DNA from: Enoplolaimus lenunculus | Taxonomy: Eukaryota | Reading direction: 5' to 3' | DNA length: 64,000 nucleotides | Assembly (NCBI GenBank): GCA_030248215.1 | Contig: JASANG010000753.1 | Coordinates: 372,001 to 436,000 of the forward strand | In this document: in pieces, positions 1 through 12,695 of the stretch | Numbering within the stretch: the first letter of the stretch is position 1 | Layout of the letters: every line of letters begins with the position of its first letter | Translations under genes and position numbers: made by a program | Notes under the pieces: generated by a model | What the model saw: only the letters and a program-made list of their open reading frames with translations | What the model was told of the DNA's origin: nothing | Database searches by the model: none

Positions 1-468
1 CGGTTGTTCAAGCCTAATGAGCTTACACATAAACCTAAGCCTAATGAGCTTACACATAAACCTAAGCCTAAGCCCAAGCAAAAAAATTAGTCAAAAGCTT
101 AAGCATATTCTATTGCAGTCCCGCAGAAAAACGTTCCGCCGCTGATCTTTGCATGGACCCAAATTTAAAACCGAACAACGATTTGATGTGCCCAACGGCA
201 AACGGTGTAATTTTTACCAGTAACCGTCAAATATTTTTGGTAGTTTTTTGGGGGGTCATGACTAAATTTGACGACCCCCAAATACTGAATAGGACATCAG
301 GCTTTCTTTGGCTTTGTATTTATAGAGACAAATTAAAAAAATTTCAGCTAGAAACAGTAAAATAGTGTGACCTTTTAATCCCAAACAAATGTTTACAAAT
401 TTCAAAACCTCGAACAATAGAGATTATATTTCAAAACTTTACATGCAACAAAGCACAAAATCAATTAG

Positions 469-885
469 CATTTTCGGGGGAAGCTATTCTAAAACTGTCA
501 TCACTGGACCAATGGTATGGCAGTATCCTAACGGGGTCTACCCTATCAGTGCCCACCCACCCTCAACCGGATCAAAAACTAAAACTTTGTATTACCAGTT
601 ACTACTATCAAATTGCGTTTGGTTTCTCGCTCGCTTCGTTTGTGAGTTTTTTCACTATTATATATCGGGGCGCCCACCCTCGTCAAAAGTTTGTGCGGTT
701 TGTTACCGGTCGAGAGGGCCATGGGTACACAGGTACATTCGTTTGGATGAGGAAAATTAAAACTCCATCAACTATATGAGCACCTAGGTTGCCTAGAACG
801 ATTCCGGGGCCCAACACAAACCATACACAGGGCGCATACAGCATCGAGCAAGGGTGTACCCATAGTAGACCCCAAGAACGGCTAA
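469..885 (+). CDS. Candidate 3' exons (469-514, 599-732, 788-885) of an unidentified, possibly membrane, protein
   Basis: GC-richer blocks bounded by AG/GT with 55-85 nt introns. One phase-consistent chain reads FSGEAILKLSSLDQCYYYQIAFGFSLASFVSFFTIIYRGAHPRQKFVRFVTGREGHGYTGCLERFRG...KNG*. An alternative frame also chains, so the frame is unresolved. Confidence 0.3.
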
Positions 886-1460
886 CGCTCTGCCAAATGA
901 TTGTGACAATTTTATTTCGGTTTATAATTCTAAATGCCATCAAAGACACATAAAATTCAAAACCATAGCTACGTAATTGGCGTTGCCGCCCCGCCCTCGC
1001 CCCTGAGACCACAATTCTGGTTAATAAGCCTATCGAAGAGGGCATCAGGTTTATCATGCGTATTACGGGTAACATATCATTCACGAATGAATAACTTCAA
1101 TTTTAGACATTTAGCAAATGATTGAGTATTTTGTTGTTATGGTTGTGGTAGTACGACTCTCGTGTGGTACCCCTGAAACATTTTAGGCAAAGTGCTTATT
1201 GTACCCCCACACGTATAGGTTCAAGCCATTTGGGGGGGGTTACTGGCAGCAGAACTAGCGGCGCCCCATCTTAGTGAGAACGACAGTTAACGATTTGCTA
1301 TCTGTCGAATTAATATTTTCGCAGTTGTGTCTCGGTGCCGTACCCACAGTAAATTCAAGTTGCTCATTACGAGATTGGGGTTATGCCTTAAATTTAAAAC
1401 TTTTGTTGTTTTTGTGGTTTATTTAGGTTTATCGATGGGGGGCACCAGGTCAACGAAAAG

Positions 1461-1588
1461 ATATATATATATACATATATATACATATATATTTATATAT
1501 GTATGTATATATAGCTATATGTATATGTATATATTTATATATATGTACATATTTACATATATATGTATATATGTATATATACATATAG
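1461..1588. repeat. Degenerate (TA)n/(TATG/TACA) microsatellite
   Basis: Directly visible atatatatatacatatat... tract. Confidence 0.95.
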
Positions 1589-2877
1589 CTTAAGCAGAGT
1601 CTTAAAATTTAAGCTTAGGCTCCAGCATGAATGATGGTACGTTTATGCTTTTGGCCTCTAAACCTGAATAGTTTAAGGTAGTTGTTAGCCAGTCTGTGAT
1701 GCGAAATTTAGGCACTACGAATTGGTTAAATGCTAATTGAAATGGTTCGAACCAGACACTTGGTCGTAATTAATATGCAAATTACACGGTTGTCGGCGCT
1801 GGTTACAATTAGGCTTGCAATAAAGCTGTAATATGGTCAGTTTTGTTCAGGTTACAAAAACCAAGAGAGTAAGATTAGGAAAAATGCGAGAACTGATACG
1901 GTTTTTAAAAGCGTATGGTACAAAACGCTACTTAAAGTACTGTCAAACATTAATACTTGAATACAGGGTTTAGTCTGTAACCCCCCCTCTGTAATTATGA
2001 CCCTAAAGCATTAGGCTTAGGTTCATGTTTAGGTTCCAGGTGTAAACTCATTCTTCGGCTTAGGCTCCGGAATATGCTTGATACTACAATTACGGCCCTG
2101 CTCTTTACAATGGCCCAAACGTTTGACAGGGATCTGAACATAGGACTCCGCTAAACTTAGAAGTCTGACCCTGGCTCAATTCTTTGGCAAAACAAGCCAG
2201 CTTAATCATCTTCCCAGATCATAGCCGGTGGTTAGGTTAAAACCAAAGAAATAAACGCACAAATATAATCAAACAAACTACTAAATTCAATTGTGCCGAC
2301 CATATATAAGATAAATTTGAACCAGAAATCACAATACATTAGGTTACACTTCTAAATACGATTAGGTTCTAAATCGTAAATTAGGCTTAGGCATTCGAGG
2401 TTAAGGTGCCGACCAAAGCTCAAGGTTTAGCTTAAGGTTTACATTTTAAGGTACGGACAAAATGAGTCGTTGAAATAAGTTTATTTAATGGTTCACGCAA
2501 TCCAATCAGCTGCACTTTAACTTAACCAATTAAAAATGTCCTACGATACCCTATCACCATCCCGATAACAAATTAAATTTTTTGCAAGAATTCGAAACAA
2601 TTGGCTAATGTATAGAACAAGGTAGTAACAGTAGTATAATCATATTCATAAGCCTAATCCTAAGTATAAACCAACGCTTAAGTGTAAAAATGAGCACATA
2701 CCTGAAGCTAAATCTAAGCCTAGTGTAAGCAAAAAATTAGTCAAAGCTTAAGCTTACTGTATTGTAGTCCGCTACTGATGTTTTATGGGCCGAAAAAATG
2801 AATACCTTTACTAGATTTAAAATTAACCGGATGCGAGCTGGTAGTAAAAAACGTCAAAATCTGCAAATACACGTTCA

Positions 2878-3123
2878 CACACACAAAAAACTATTTCTGA
2901 ATTTATTTAGAAAAGTATTTTTTGTGGCAAATCTGAAAAGATTTTCTGATATTTAAGACAATTTTTATAAAACAGGAAAACGTTTATTTTCAAATTTTAT
3001 TTAAAAACTTTTTTGAAAACTTTTCTGTTATAACAAATATACTTTTCAAGTGCACCTTGCTAATCATATTTCTTATAAATGTAAGAAATGTTTTCTTAAA
3101 TATCAGAAATATTGTTTTGAGCG
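2878..3123. mobile_element. CAC...GTG-type MITE, copy 1 (inverted copy at 29496-29742)
   Basis: About 245 bp that is the reverse complement of 29496-29742 (shared aagtgcaccttgctaa, ctgttataaca, tttctgaatttatt). The second copy is TA-flanked. Confidence 0.75.
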
Positions 3124-3253
3124 TAGAAATAATAATTGTTTGAAGTATATTATACTTTCCCAAAATGAAATCCCGTCTTAGCCCGTGGAATGGCACTAGA
3201 TAAGTGTCCTAATTTCGCTCTGAAAATATAAATTTCCATTTGTTTCACGCGCC

Positions 3254-3449
3254 GGCCAATGATAAAACAGGGTCGTAACTGTAGTACACGCATTTTCCTA
3301 TAGCCTACGCCTAAGTGTAAGCATAAGCCTAAGCGCAACGATGAGCATATACCTAAGCCTAAGGCCTAACCAAGAAATTAGTCAAAGCTTAAGCTTACTC
3401 TATTGCAGTCCCGCAGAAAAACGTTCCGCTTCTGATTGTTATATGGGCC
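3254..3449 (-). mobile_element. Merlin-like TTAGGC MITE, subfamily M1
   Basis: GGCCAATG...ATGGGCC termini and internal CCTAAG array. Flanks cacgcgcc/caagcgcc (7/8 TSD). Confidence 0.85.
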
Positions 3450-4343
3450 CAAGCGCCGCACACAAAACATTTTAAAGTAGAGCTGTAACCAGAAATTTGT
3501 TTTCTAAAATATTATACCACACTAATGTGATAGCTAGTAATTTTTCCTACATGAATACGTCACCATTCTAAAAACGGATTGGATGGCTGGGAGCAGAACA
3601 GCACGGATTGATCGATCTTGAGACATCCACGAAGAATCAGTTAAAATATTAATTTATAAATTTAATTTTTAGTTAAAATTTTAAGATTCGTATTGTAGGC
3701 AGTTTCTAAACGTTTTTTAACTCGTTTACCGAACGTGACGTGGGCCGCCCGTGGCCGACCCGTAACGACCTCACTTTGCTAGGGGGTGCGGCTAAAAATA
3801 TTTCAATATTTCATGAGAGGCATAAAAAGGTTTTCAATGACTTACAAGCAATGTTGAAAATTTTCTAGAAGGGGCCAAAGAAATTTTACGTGGGGCGGCG
3901 CCCTCCTGCCCTCAGCCCTGGACCTGACCCGTGGTCACCGGCTTACCGGTAAACCCATTCCGAAACACTCAAAAATTAACGCAACCCAATATTGTGCGAG
4001 AAAACTGGTCAATTTCACATCAGAAAACCTAAAGTTGGAAATTTGAATTTAAACTCAAAGAATAAACACTTCAGGTTTGTTGTTATTCTCAAATATCAGC
4101 TTGAAAATAATATTATACCGACCATAAAACAACTCACATTTCATTTGAGCCAACTTTCGTTAAAGGTTTCTGCGAAGATTTAATAGTCCAGGTATACTGC
4201 AGTGTTTAGTTGAACAATAAATTGCAATTCAAACGAACGCAACACAAACAATCACCTCCATCAGTTTGAGTTGATTTTAAACGTCTTTGGCTAAAAGTAT
4301 CTGACAACTCGGGCACGCGAGTCGTGACCAAATATGAAAGTAG

Positions 4344-4460
4344 GCCATGGGCCCTGTGGGCCTTTATAAACTCATATGGAGCGGGCCGGGATTGGCCACT
4401 CCCAAAGAAGCAGCCGAAGCCATATGGAGGGCAAAAATGGGACAAAGACTCGTTTTAAAC
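4344..4460 (+). CDS. Candidate exon (AMGPVGLYKLIWSGPGLATPKEAAEAIWRAKMGQRLVLN), possibly an early exon of the mucin-domain gene
   Basis: GC-rich 117-nt open frame ending at a strong AAC|GTAAGT donor. The acceptor is weak, so ATG 4347 could instead be a start. Confidence 0.45.
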
Positions 4461-4799
4461 GTAAGTTGAAATCGATTTCGGCGAACTGAATATGCCAATT
4501 TTTGACCCTCTGATTGAATTATGAGCAAAACTCAGGGAATCTGGTTTCTGAGTAAATTTTGAACCTAAACGTGCTCAACTCGACCTATGGACTCGAATAA
4601 TATGAAATTTGACAATATTCTGACAAATTTTCAATTTTCCGCATATGTTACGCGGACGTTTCCACTGAGTACACGTGTGCAATTACCTAATTGCCAGGCG
4701 TCAGTATAATGCAATTACTTATATACAATCGCAATTAAACATGCATGCACAACTGCGATAATTTTCAGGTTCTTGCGCAAACAATACTTTCGCTGAACT

Positions 4800-4959
4800 G
4801 GTTCATGTATAAAACAGGGTCAGAACAGTAGTATAAGTATACCTCTAAGCCAAAACCTAAGCCTGAAAAATACCTAAGTACAAAATTTCGTCTGAAGCTT
4901 AAACTGACTCTATTACAGCCCATCCGAAAAACGATCCGGCCCTGTACTATACATTGACC
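4800..4959 (-). mobile_element. Merlin-like TTAGGC MITE (ATGTATAGAACAGGG variant)
   Basis: Degenerate TIRs. Flanks gctgaact/gttgaact (7/8). Confidence 0.75.
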
Positions 4960-7900
4960 GTTGAACTCAACGGTACTTATTGCAAAAAGTAATATTTTTT
5001 CAACTGAGATTCAGTTAAAATTTCCTAGTAAAATGTGTCAACTTGTAATCAAATTATTACCAAAGACATACCGGCTGGTAAACTAATTTTGTGGGCTACA
5101 TTTTGGTAGGTTAAGAACACCGCTTAACTTTTTGCGTACAAACTTGCTAAATGTCGTTTTCAAAACAAAACCTCATACGGATAATTTTACAGACAAAATT
5201 GAAAAATTTAATTTGTTGTCATTCAGTGACGTGAGGCTTCGCGTTTGGGGGGTGGGGTGGTGCGAAATAAGCAACCGGTAGGAAAATAATGGCACGGGTG
5301 TAGGCAGGACTTCAACAGGACGAAATATACAAGTCAACAAATTACAGTCGACCTCTAGGATTCAGAATGGATATTTGAAGTGATTTGCTTGTTTGTTGGG
5401 AATTTTTGGTGGAATATATCTAGCTATGTACGCCCGTGCAAAAAGGCTCGCTTCTAATGAACTAAGTCGCACAAAGTTTATGGTTTAGACTTTGATTTAG
5501 GTTTAGGCTTAGGTAGAATTTTTAGCTGAACGCATTGTTTTGTTTTATGTGCGTTTAAAATTCAAAAAAGGCATACATTGATTAGACCAAGAACGCCTAA
5601 CATTGAAAAGAGTGTGCAAGTAAACCTAAGCTTACGCGTAAGAATGAGCCTATCCCTAAGCCTAAGCCTAAGCGCAAGCCTAAGCAAAGCAGTTAGTCGA
5701 AAGCTTAACTTGACACTATTACAGCCTTGCAGGAAAACGTTCCGGCGCTGCTCTATACATGTGCCAAAAACTCGTCTGGCTAGCCAACCTACCAAAGATA
5801 CCAGTTTATCTTTGAAGTTTACACCCACTCGAAATCAAATCCTGGTTAATATGCTTCAGCTGGTAGATAACCCGAAGGTCATAAATAGCAAAACCTATAA
5901 TATATTTTCTGGTTTAGGTAAAGTTAAAAATCTGTGAAAAGTTGGGTATTTTAAAAAAAGTGTTGCGTTCAAAAACAAGTAGCTGACTTATCAGAGTTTT
6001 CACGCCAGCAAATGATAAACGGTAATGGATACTGATGAATGATTTAAAATACCTTGGACCAGCTACGTTTTCTTATATATTTCAACCCCCTGAAACTGCT
6101 AAAATTCTGTAGGTGGGAAAAAATTTGTGACAGCCCGAGCGCTATCCATTTGGGGTGACGGTAGTGGGTGAGCTAACCTCGACTCTGTGTTTACCCGGAG
6201 TTAAAAATATAACACATTTAAAATTTGCATTTTGAATCCAGTTCCAACTACTAATTGTACAATATTTCTCGCTCATACAGCAGTTTTGGATAATTGGTTT
6301 AAATATTACCTGTTGGTAATTGAAAAATTAATATTAATTTCTTATTTACCTAAAAATCTTAAGGTTATCTTTGACTCATTAAGAAAGACATATATTTAGC
6401 CAAAACTGTACCAAATCGTTTCTCGTCTCGTTTGTTATTTGACATTCATTGAAATTAGGTAACATCGGTGACCGTGGACTGTGTCGAGTAGGGGAGGGTT
6501 GGCAAGTATGCCCCCGTTTTCACAGACTAATCTGATGGCTACGCATTTTCCTGTCAATCTGATGTGCAGCATATATTTTATACTATTGTAAAATACCTTC
6601 GATCCGACGGTTTGGTAGATGGTCAGGAATCCCTGTTTATCACAGCAAAAATAGTAAATTTGATTTTTGGAATCAAAAGAAATTTTGCAATCAATCAATT
6701 GTGAGATGTCCTAGACGTATCACAAACCGGCTGATATGTTTGTTACAAAATTTTCGCAGAAAGAGTAAGACAAAAAAGCGCTGACAGGGTTTAAGATGAA
6801 TTGCTAAATTTTAGAGTAGAAAAATTTGTTTGTACGGGACAATTTCAACTATAGTTGATTTTGCCACCATATTAATTCTGCAAAACTCGGTTCTGTGAAA
6901 AAGTTGCAGATTTGAAATTAATATCTGAAAAATCGGAAAAGAACATAGTTAATACTAGTACACGTCGTTGCACACATGTGCAACTCGACAAAGGCTGCGC
7001 CGGCCTTATGCTATATTGTTGCCTGAGCCCTCATATTCAGTGAACGAAATTAACAAAAAACCTGCTTTTTGAAGAGCTGTAGTGCGTTGCGGATGTATAA
7101 AACAGATCAGAAACGATAAGTATTTTCAATGCGTACAGTCTAAATTTGTATAAGTAACGTAAATTAAAATGTGTTGGAACGCTGCTCAAAATACGTATGT
7201 TGGGCATTCCATCTTTAATATATAGATTGTGGCTTTTATTTGCAACTAATTCTACCAAGAGTGCAAGATCACTGTTTAACAAGAGTGTGCAACTACCGAA
7301 ATTTGACTGGTACAAAATTACCACTGGGTGTTGCGTTTTTGGCCGTCCCCTTGTTGTCTAGGGTAGGGTCAATGCTATCGTAATCCTTGTTACACTCTTA
7401 AACAATAGGGCTTATAAGTTGCTAGAGAGTGTCATACAAAACTGCATACAGACCCCCATTGAAATAAGGCTAGCGGATCGCCAAAAAAACGCAACGTGCG
7501 CTGGGTACACCCTTTTGTACACAGAATATACTCAGTTGCATACTGTTGTAATAAGAGTCATTATCGACTCTTGTAGATTTTACCCATTAATTGAAACCCG
7601 ACAATTTTCGACAAGAATGAACTATTTTTCATCAGCAAAAATTTCTCAACCAATTTTAGCTGTCAATTCATGTTACTAAAAAAACCTTGGCAATTATTTT
7701 TGACAACTTCAACAGCGGTTTCAAACAAATCCTTTGGTCGGACAACATATTTAGGCTAAGACCGCAGAAATATCTTGTAGAAAGTCCGTTATTTTATCAA
7801 CCGATTTTTGTCTCAGTTTTACTTTTCAAAAATGACATAGCTAATTGTTTTTAGGTTGAACCAGAATTTTCTCGCCAACCAATATTGTCTGAAGATGATC

Positions 7901-9394
7901 TATATTGCCGGTTCTAACCTTACTAAATTCACAGGTTTCAAAAAAAATAGACGTGACAGTACCCCTCTGTGCTTTTACTGGCTCTGTGAAAGGTCAAAGC
8001 ATTAAAAACTAAAAACAGCCGTGCCGAAAACTACCGGATACCACGCGAAACAGTACGGATTATTTGTCTAAAGTTAAGTGTGACGCCCCGTTCACAAAAA
8101 TAAATCAAACACCAAACCCCATAGCCAGCTCAATATGGTAAGAGAAAGCGAAACAAAAGCTACACATGGGGGATAGATAAGTTTATTGAACTGGCGGAGC
8201 TAAAAAATTTTTTGAGTTAAAGGGGGGGTCAAATATTTAAATTAAGGGTGCAACCCTGTGGCAGTGTTTTTAAATATTTAATTTCAAACGGGAAATAATT
8301 CAAAATCAAAGAAAAAAGAAATACCCCGACTCAGATCGAAAAGAATGGTTGAGAAAATCTGTTTGGCTTTTGCTGGGTTGAAACTTCGATTCGACACTTC
8401 GGTTGAACTGGCAATAGTTTTAGGACTGCGGTAGCCACATAGGCTTCAAGTTGGGTATGGCGGAACAATATTCAGTGTAAAGGCTTCAAAGTTTAAATAT
8501 TGCGGTGTGATCGAGTTGAACGAAACAACTCGAGAGCAATCAGACTTAGAGTTAGAGTTAAGCTTAGATTTAGTCTTATACTGACAATTGGCCGAAAGCG
8601 CTGTCAAAATCAATTTAAATATAGAAAAGCATAGTGGTTGTGGACCGGACCGTATACAAGTTTTCAATTTCTTTATCGCTTGATCAGAATACGCTTTAAG
8701 CATTTGCTTAAGAAATCGACCAAAGCTTAAACTGACTCTATTATAGCCCCTCCGGAAAACGCTCCGGCCTTGTTATACATGCGTCAAGAAATCTCCACAA
8801 TTTAAACTTCAAAAATTAGGCTCGGAAGTCTCAAAGTAACCTACTGCATGTGTAGCTAAATCTGCCGAAACCGCTAGCAAAAATCTCACCGGATACGGAA
8901 GTCGATTTGCTGGTTGAGTCAAATGCGTCTTCCGGTTGTAGCCTGATACCCGGAAAACAAACCGTTATTCCATATAAAATGTAAAACACTGGTACATCGG
9001 AGCTCTTGCGCCGTTCACAATATAAAATTTACCCTTGTCACAAAAAGTGTCATAAGGTACAATTAACGCATGACAATTTATATTTGTCACGCGTTAACCC
9101 TAAACCCCACCCTAAGCGCTCGACACAGAGCACTTTGTGACACACGTTAGGGTGGGGTTAACGCAACATTTACGCTCTAGGTATATAAGGTTTTACTGCA
9201 TTTCAGCGATAATTTGAAAACGTCCATAGATTGCTGTATAATATTCGTTACAAACCTTACAAAACTTATAAATACCATAAACCTACTGTGTTTGTCGTTT
9301 GTTACCAAAATTCCAAGAAAGTAAAAAATCACATATTTTTACCTGCGCTTTGAAATCCTTTACGCTCGTCCCGCGTCAAAATTTTCTCACCCAG

Positions 9395-9494
9395 CCCATG
9401 TTTACCTGTGGGCAGCGGGCAATTCTGATCCAGCCCAAGCCAGTCGTCCAGGTACTGGCCGCTTTGTGCCTTTTTGGACTGGTTTATTTCCAAA
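9395..9494 (+). CDS. Exon upstream of the mucin exon (HVYLWAAGNSDPAQASRPGTGRFVPFWTGLFP)
   Basis: ttttctcacccag| acceptor and AA|gtatca donor. The phase 2 end matches the phase 2 start of the Thr/Pro frame at 10023/10026. Confidence 0.55.
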
Positions 9495-9590
9495 GTATCA
9501 CACGACGGCTGATAAACATGTTGCATACTTTGGGACGAAATCTGAATGTATGTTTTTTAAGAAATGTACCACGATTTATACTTCTTCAAG

Positions 9591-9771
9591 GGCCAATGTT
9601 ACTTTAAGAGGCGTCCAGGTTTCGGGTGGGTATATAAAAGAGTAGGCTTCGATTCTAGATTACATTTTGTTTAGGCTTAGGTTTAAGAAGTCGTTTTTGC
9701 AACGCTAAGGCTTATGCGTAGGCGTAGGAATACGCTTATCTACTGTTACGGCCCTCAAAGTAACATTGGCC
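9591..9771 (+). mobile_element. Merlin-like TTAGGC MITE, subfamily M2
   Basis: GGCCAATGTTACTTT...AAAGTAACATTGGCC TIRs with internal ttaggc. It sits 12 bp from an M1-type copy at 9784-9981. Confidence 0.85.
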
Positions 9772-10022
9772 TTTTCCGGAAGTGGCCCATGTATAGAACA
9801 GGGCCGGATCGTTTTCCGGAAGGGCTGTAATAGAGTCAGTTTAAACTTTAGACTAAATGTTTTGCTTAGGCAAGCATAGACATTGGCTTAGGAATTGGGT
9901 CATCCTTACGCTTAGGCTTAGGCTTGGGCTTAGGCTGGGGAATATGCTTATACTGTTCCAGTCCTGTTCTATATATAGGCCGATTTATTGTTTTCTGGTG
10001 AATGTTACCGACAATATCATAG

Positions 10023-10047
10023 CAGATCAACACAATTTGCCTCGAAT

Positions 10048-10093
<46 letters not shown>

Positions 10094-11111
10094 CACCAAC
10101 AACACCAACAACAACAACAACACCACCAACAACAACACCAACAACAACAACAACACCACCAACAACAACACCAACAACAACAACAACAACAACACCCCCA
10201 ACAACAACAACAACAACAACAACAGCAACAACAACAACACCAACAACACCAACAACAACAACACCACCAACAACAACACCAACAACAACAACAACAACAC
10301 CCCCAACAACAACAACAGCAACAACAACAACAACACCACCAACAACAACACCACCAACAACAACAACAAGAACAACAACAACACCACCCCCAACAACAAC
10401 AACAACAACACCAACAACAACAACAACACCACCAACAACAACACCAACAACAACAACAACAACAACAACACCCCCAACAACAACACCAACAACAACAGCA
10501 ACAACAACAACACCACCAACAACAACACCACCAACAACAACAACAAGAACAACAACAACACCACCCCCAACAACAACAACAACACCAACAACAACAACAA
10601 CACCACCAACAACAACACCAACAACAACAACAACAACAACACCCCCAACAACAACACCAACAACAACAGCAACAACAACAACACCACCAACAACAACACC
10701 ACCAACAACAACACCAACAACAACAGCAACAACAACAACACCACCAACAACAACACCAACAACAACAACAAGAACAACAACAACACCACCCCCAACAACA
10801 ACAACAACAACAACACCAACAACAACATCACCACCAACAACAACACCAACAACAACAACAACAACAACACCCCCAACAACAACACCAACAACAACAGCAA
10901 CAACAACAACACCACCAACAACAACACCCCCAACAACAACACCAACAACAACAGCAACAACAACAACACCACCAACAACAACACCACCAACAACACCAAC
11001 AACACCAACAACAACAACAACACCACCAACAACAACACCAACAACAACAACAACAACACCCCCAACAACAACAACAACAACAACAACAAGAACAACAACA
11101 ACACCACCCCC

Positions 11112-11142
<31 letters not shown>

Positions 11143-11198
11143 CCACCAACAACAACACCACCAACAACAACAACAAGAACAACAACAACACCACCCCC

Positions 11199-11232
<34 letters not shown>

Positions 11233-11347
11233 CCACCAACAACACCAACAACAACAACACCAACAACACCAACAACAACGACGACAACAACACCAACAAC
11301 AACAACACCAACAACAACAACACCAACAACAACAACACCAACAACAA
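10023..11347 (+). CDS. Mucin-like Thr/Pro-rich exon (about 440 codons, almost all ACA/CCA)
   Basis: The T/P frame runs from a catag|/gcag| acceptor to an ACA A|gttagc donor exactly at the end of the repeat. The composition is typical of an O-glycosylated PTS domain. Confidence 0.7.
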
Positions 11348-12229
11348 GTTAGCTTTAAAGCCAGGAATAATATTGTCTAAAATTCGAGTAGATGGCTTGG
11401 CATTGAGGTTGAAGAAAAAAAGACATTTGACTTAATATTTACCAGAAAAAATTTCTCGTTTAAGAAGGTACGTTTTCGTACAACAACTGCCCCCTTCGCC
11501 CCGATACTCATCCATATTCGTGGTCAGTACAACGGATGTTTGTGATTCGTCTATGATTCACTGTTTCCATAGCTTCAGTGTGAAATTGATACGGACGACC
11601 GACAGCAAAAATGACAATCAAAGTTTAATTTAGTTTCAAAATTTCAAAACAAATTCAGTGACGGTGTCGTTTTATACAACAGCAGGGGTTCTGAAATTGT
11701 TTCTGTGGTACCGGGTATATATAAAGCTTTGGTAGTATCAAACCAACAAAGTCGTTAAATTGACCCTGTAGACATAGCTAGCTTGTTTTTCAAACCGTGG
11801 TCTTAAGCTAAACACAAGTCTGGACTACGGGTCGTAACCACGACTTCCGTTCCGGAGGGTACGATTTATGTTGTGTAATGATTCGACCGTTAGTGGCGAA
11901 TTCGCTAAGGGGTAGGGTGATGGGCAACGTATCTGCCCACAATCGGCCTTGGCCATTGTGAAAATTTTTTTGCCCGATGCAAATGGTTCGTCGGATCTTT
12001 GAAATGTGTTATCGAACCAAATATGTAATGAATACGGCTGAATTACAGCTTAAATTAATAAATTATGCGCGTTCGACGCAATTGAATGATCTTCAAAATA
12101 TCAAAAAATGATAGCTTCTAATGCTGACTATTTTAGATATAGAGTCAGTGTTCAAATCTAGGTTAGCCGAAATGGTTCTAAATTTTATAAATTATTACCC
12201 AAAGTTGAGGAATATTTGAAACTGTAATA

Positions 12230-12423
12230 TATCTAAATATATATACCTAAATATATATACATATTCATTTATATATAAATATATAGATACATATATACAT
12301 ATATATTTATATATATAAATATATTGATACATATATATGTATGTATACATAAATATACATATATACATATATAGATACAAATGTACACATATATATTTAT
12401 ATACATATATATAATATATATAT
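12230..12423. repeat. Degenerate (TA)n microsatellite
   Basis: Directly visible. Confidence 0.95.
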
Positions 12424-12544
12424 CCAATTGATGTAGTTGTGTCTCAAAGTTTGGGGGGTCAACCATGCAAATTTACACCTTTCTTTACTATTTGGTCGCT
12501 TGGGAATTAATTGCGATTGGTTTGTTTCAATTTGGAATCTTTAG

Positions 12545-12695
12545 CGACTTGGCACGAAACATATTTATCATCGCGTACAACTGGAAAACCACGGCCCAAG
12601 AAATCATGGATACGTAACCGGCAATACCGTATTCAAAGGACAAACTGGGAGGGATGGACGCATCATTCGTTTGCAAAATTTTTTATGATAAAATG
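12545..12695 (+). CDS. Candidate exon (TWHETYLSSRTTGKPRPKKSWIRNRQYRIQRTNWEGWTHHSFAKFFMIK)
   Basis: tctttag| acceptor and strong TG|gtaagg donor. Only the phase 1 frame is open throughout. Confidence 0.5.

Noticed and set aside
1..160. True chromosome end
   Set aside because: The CCTAAG tract is short and embedded in the MITE interior, ending in a TIR.
5280..5490. In-frame TGA before a TM-like stretch, suggesting recoding
   Set aside because: An ordinary exon in another frame explains the block, and there is no systematic evidence of stop reassignment.
9857..11380. 507-aa polyQ/H ORF and 493-aa antisense poly-Leu ORF as genes
   Set aside because: The polyQ ORF starts inside a MITE and the antisense ORF is the passive complement. 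Splice phase supports the Thr/Pro frame.
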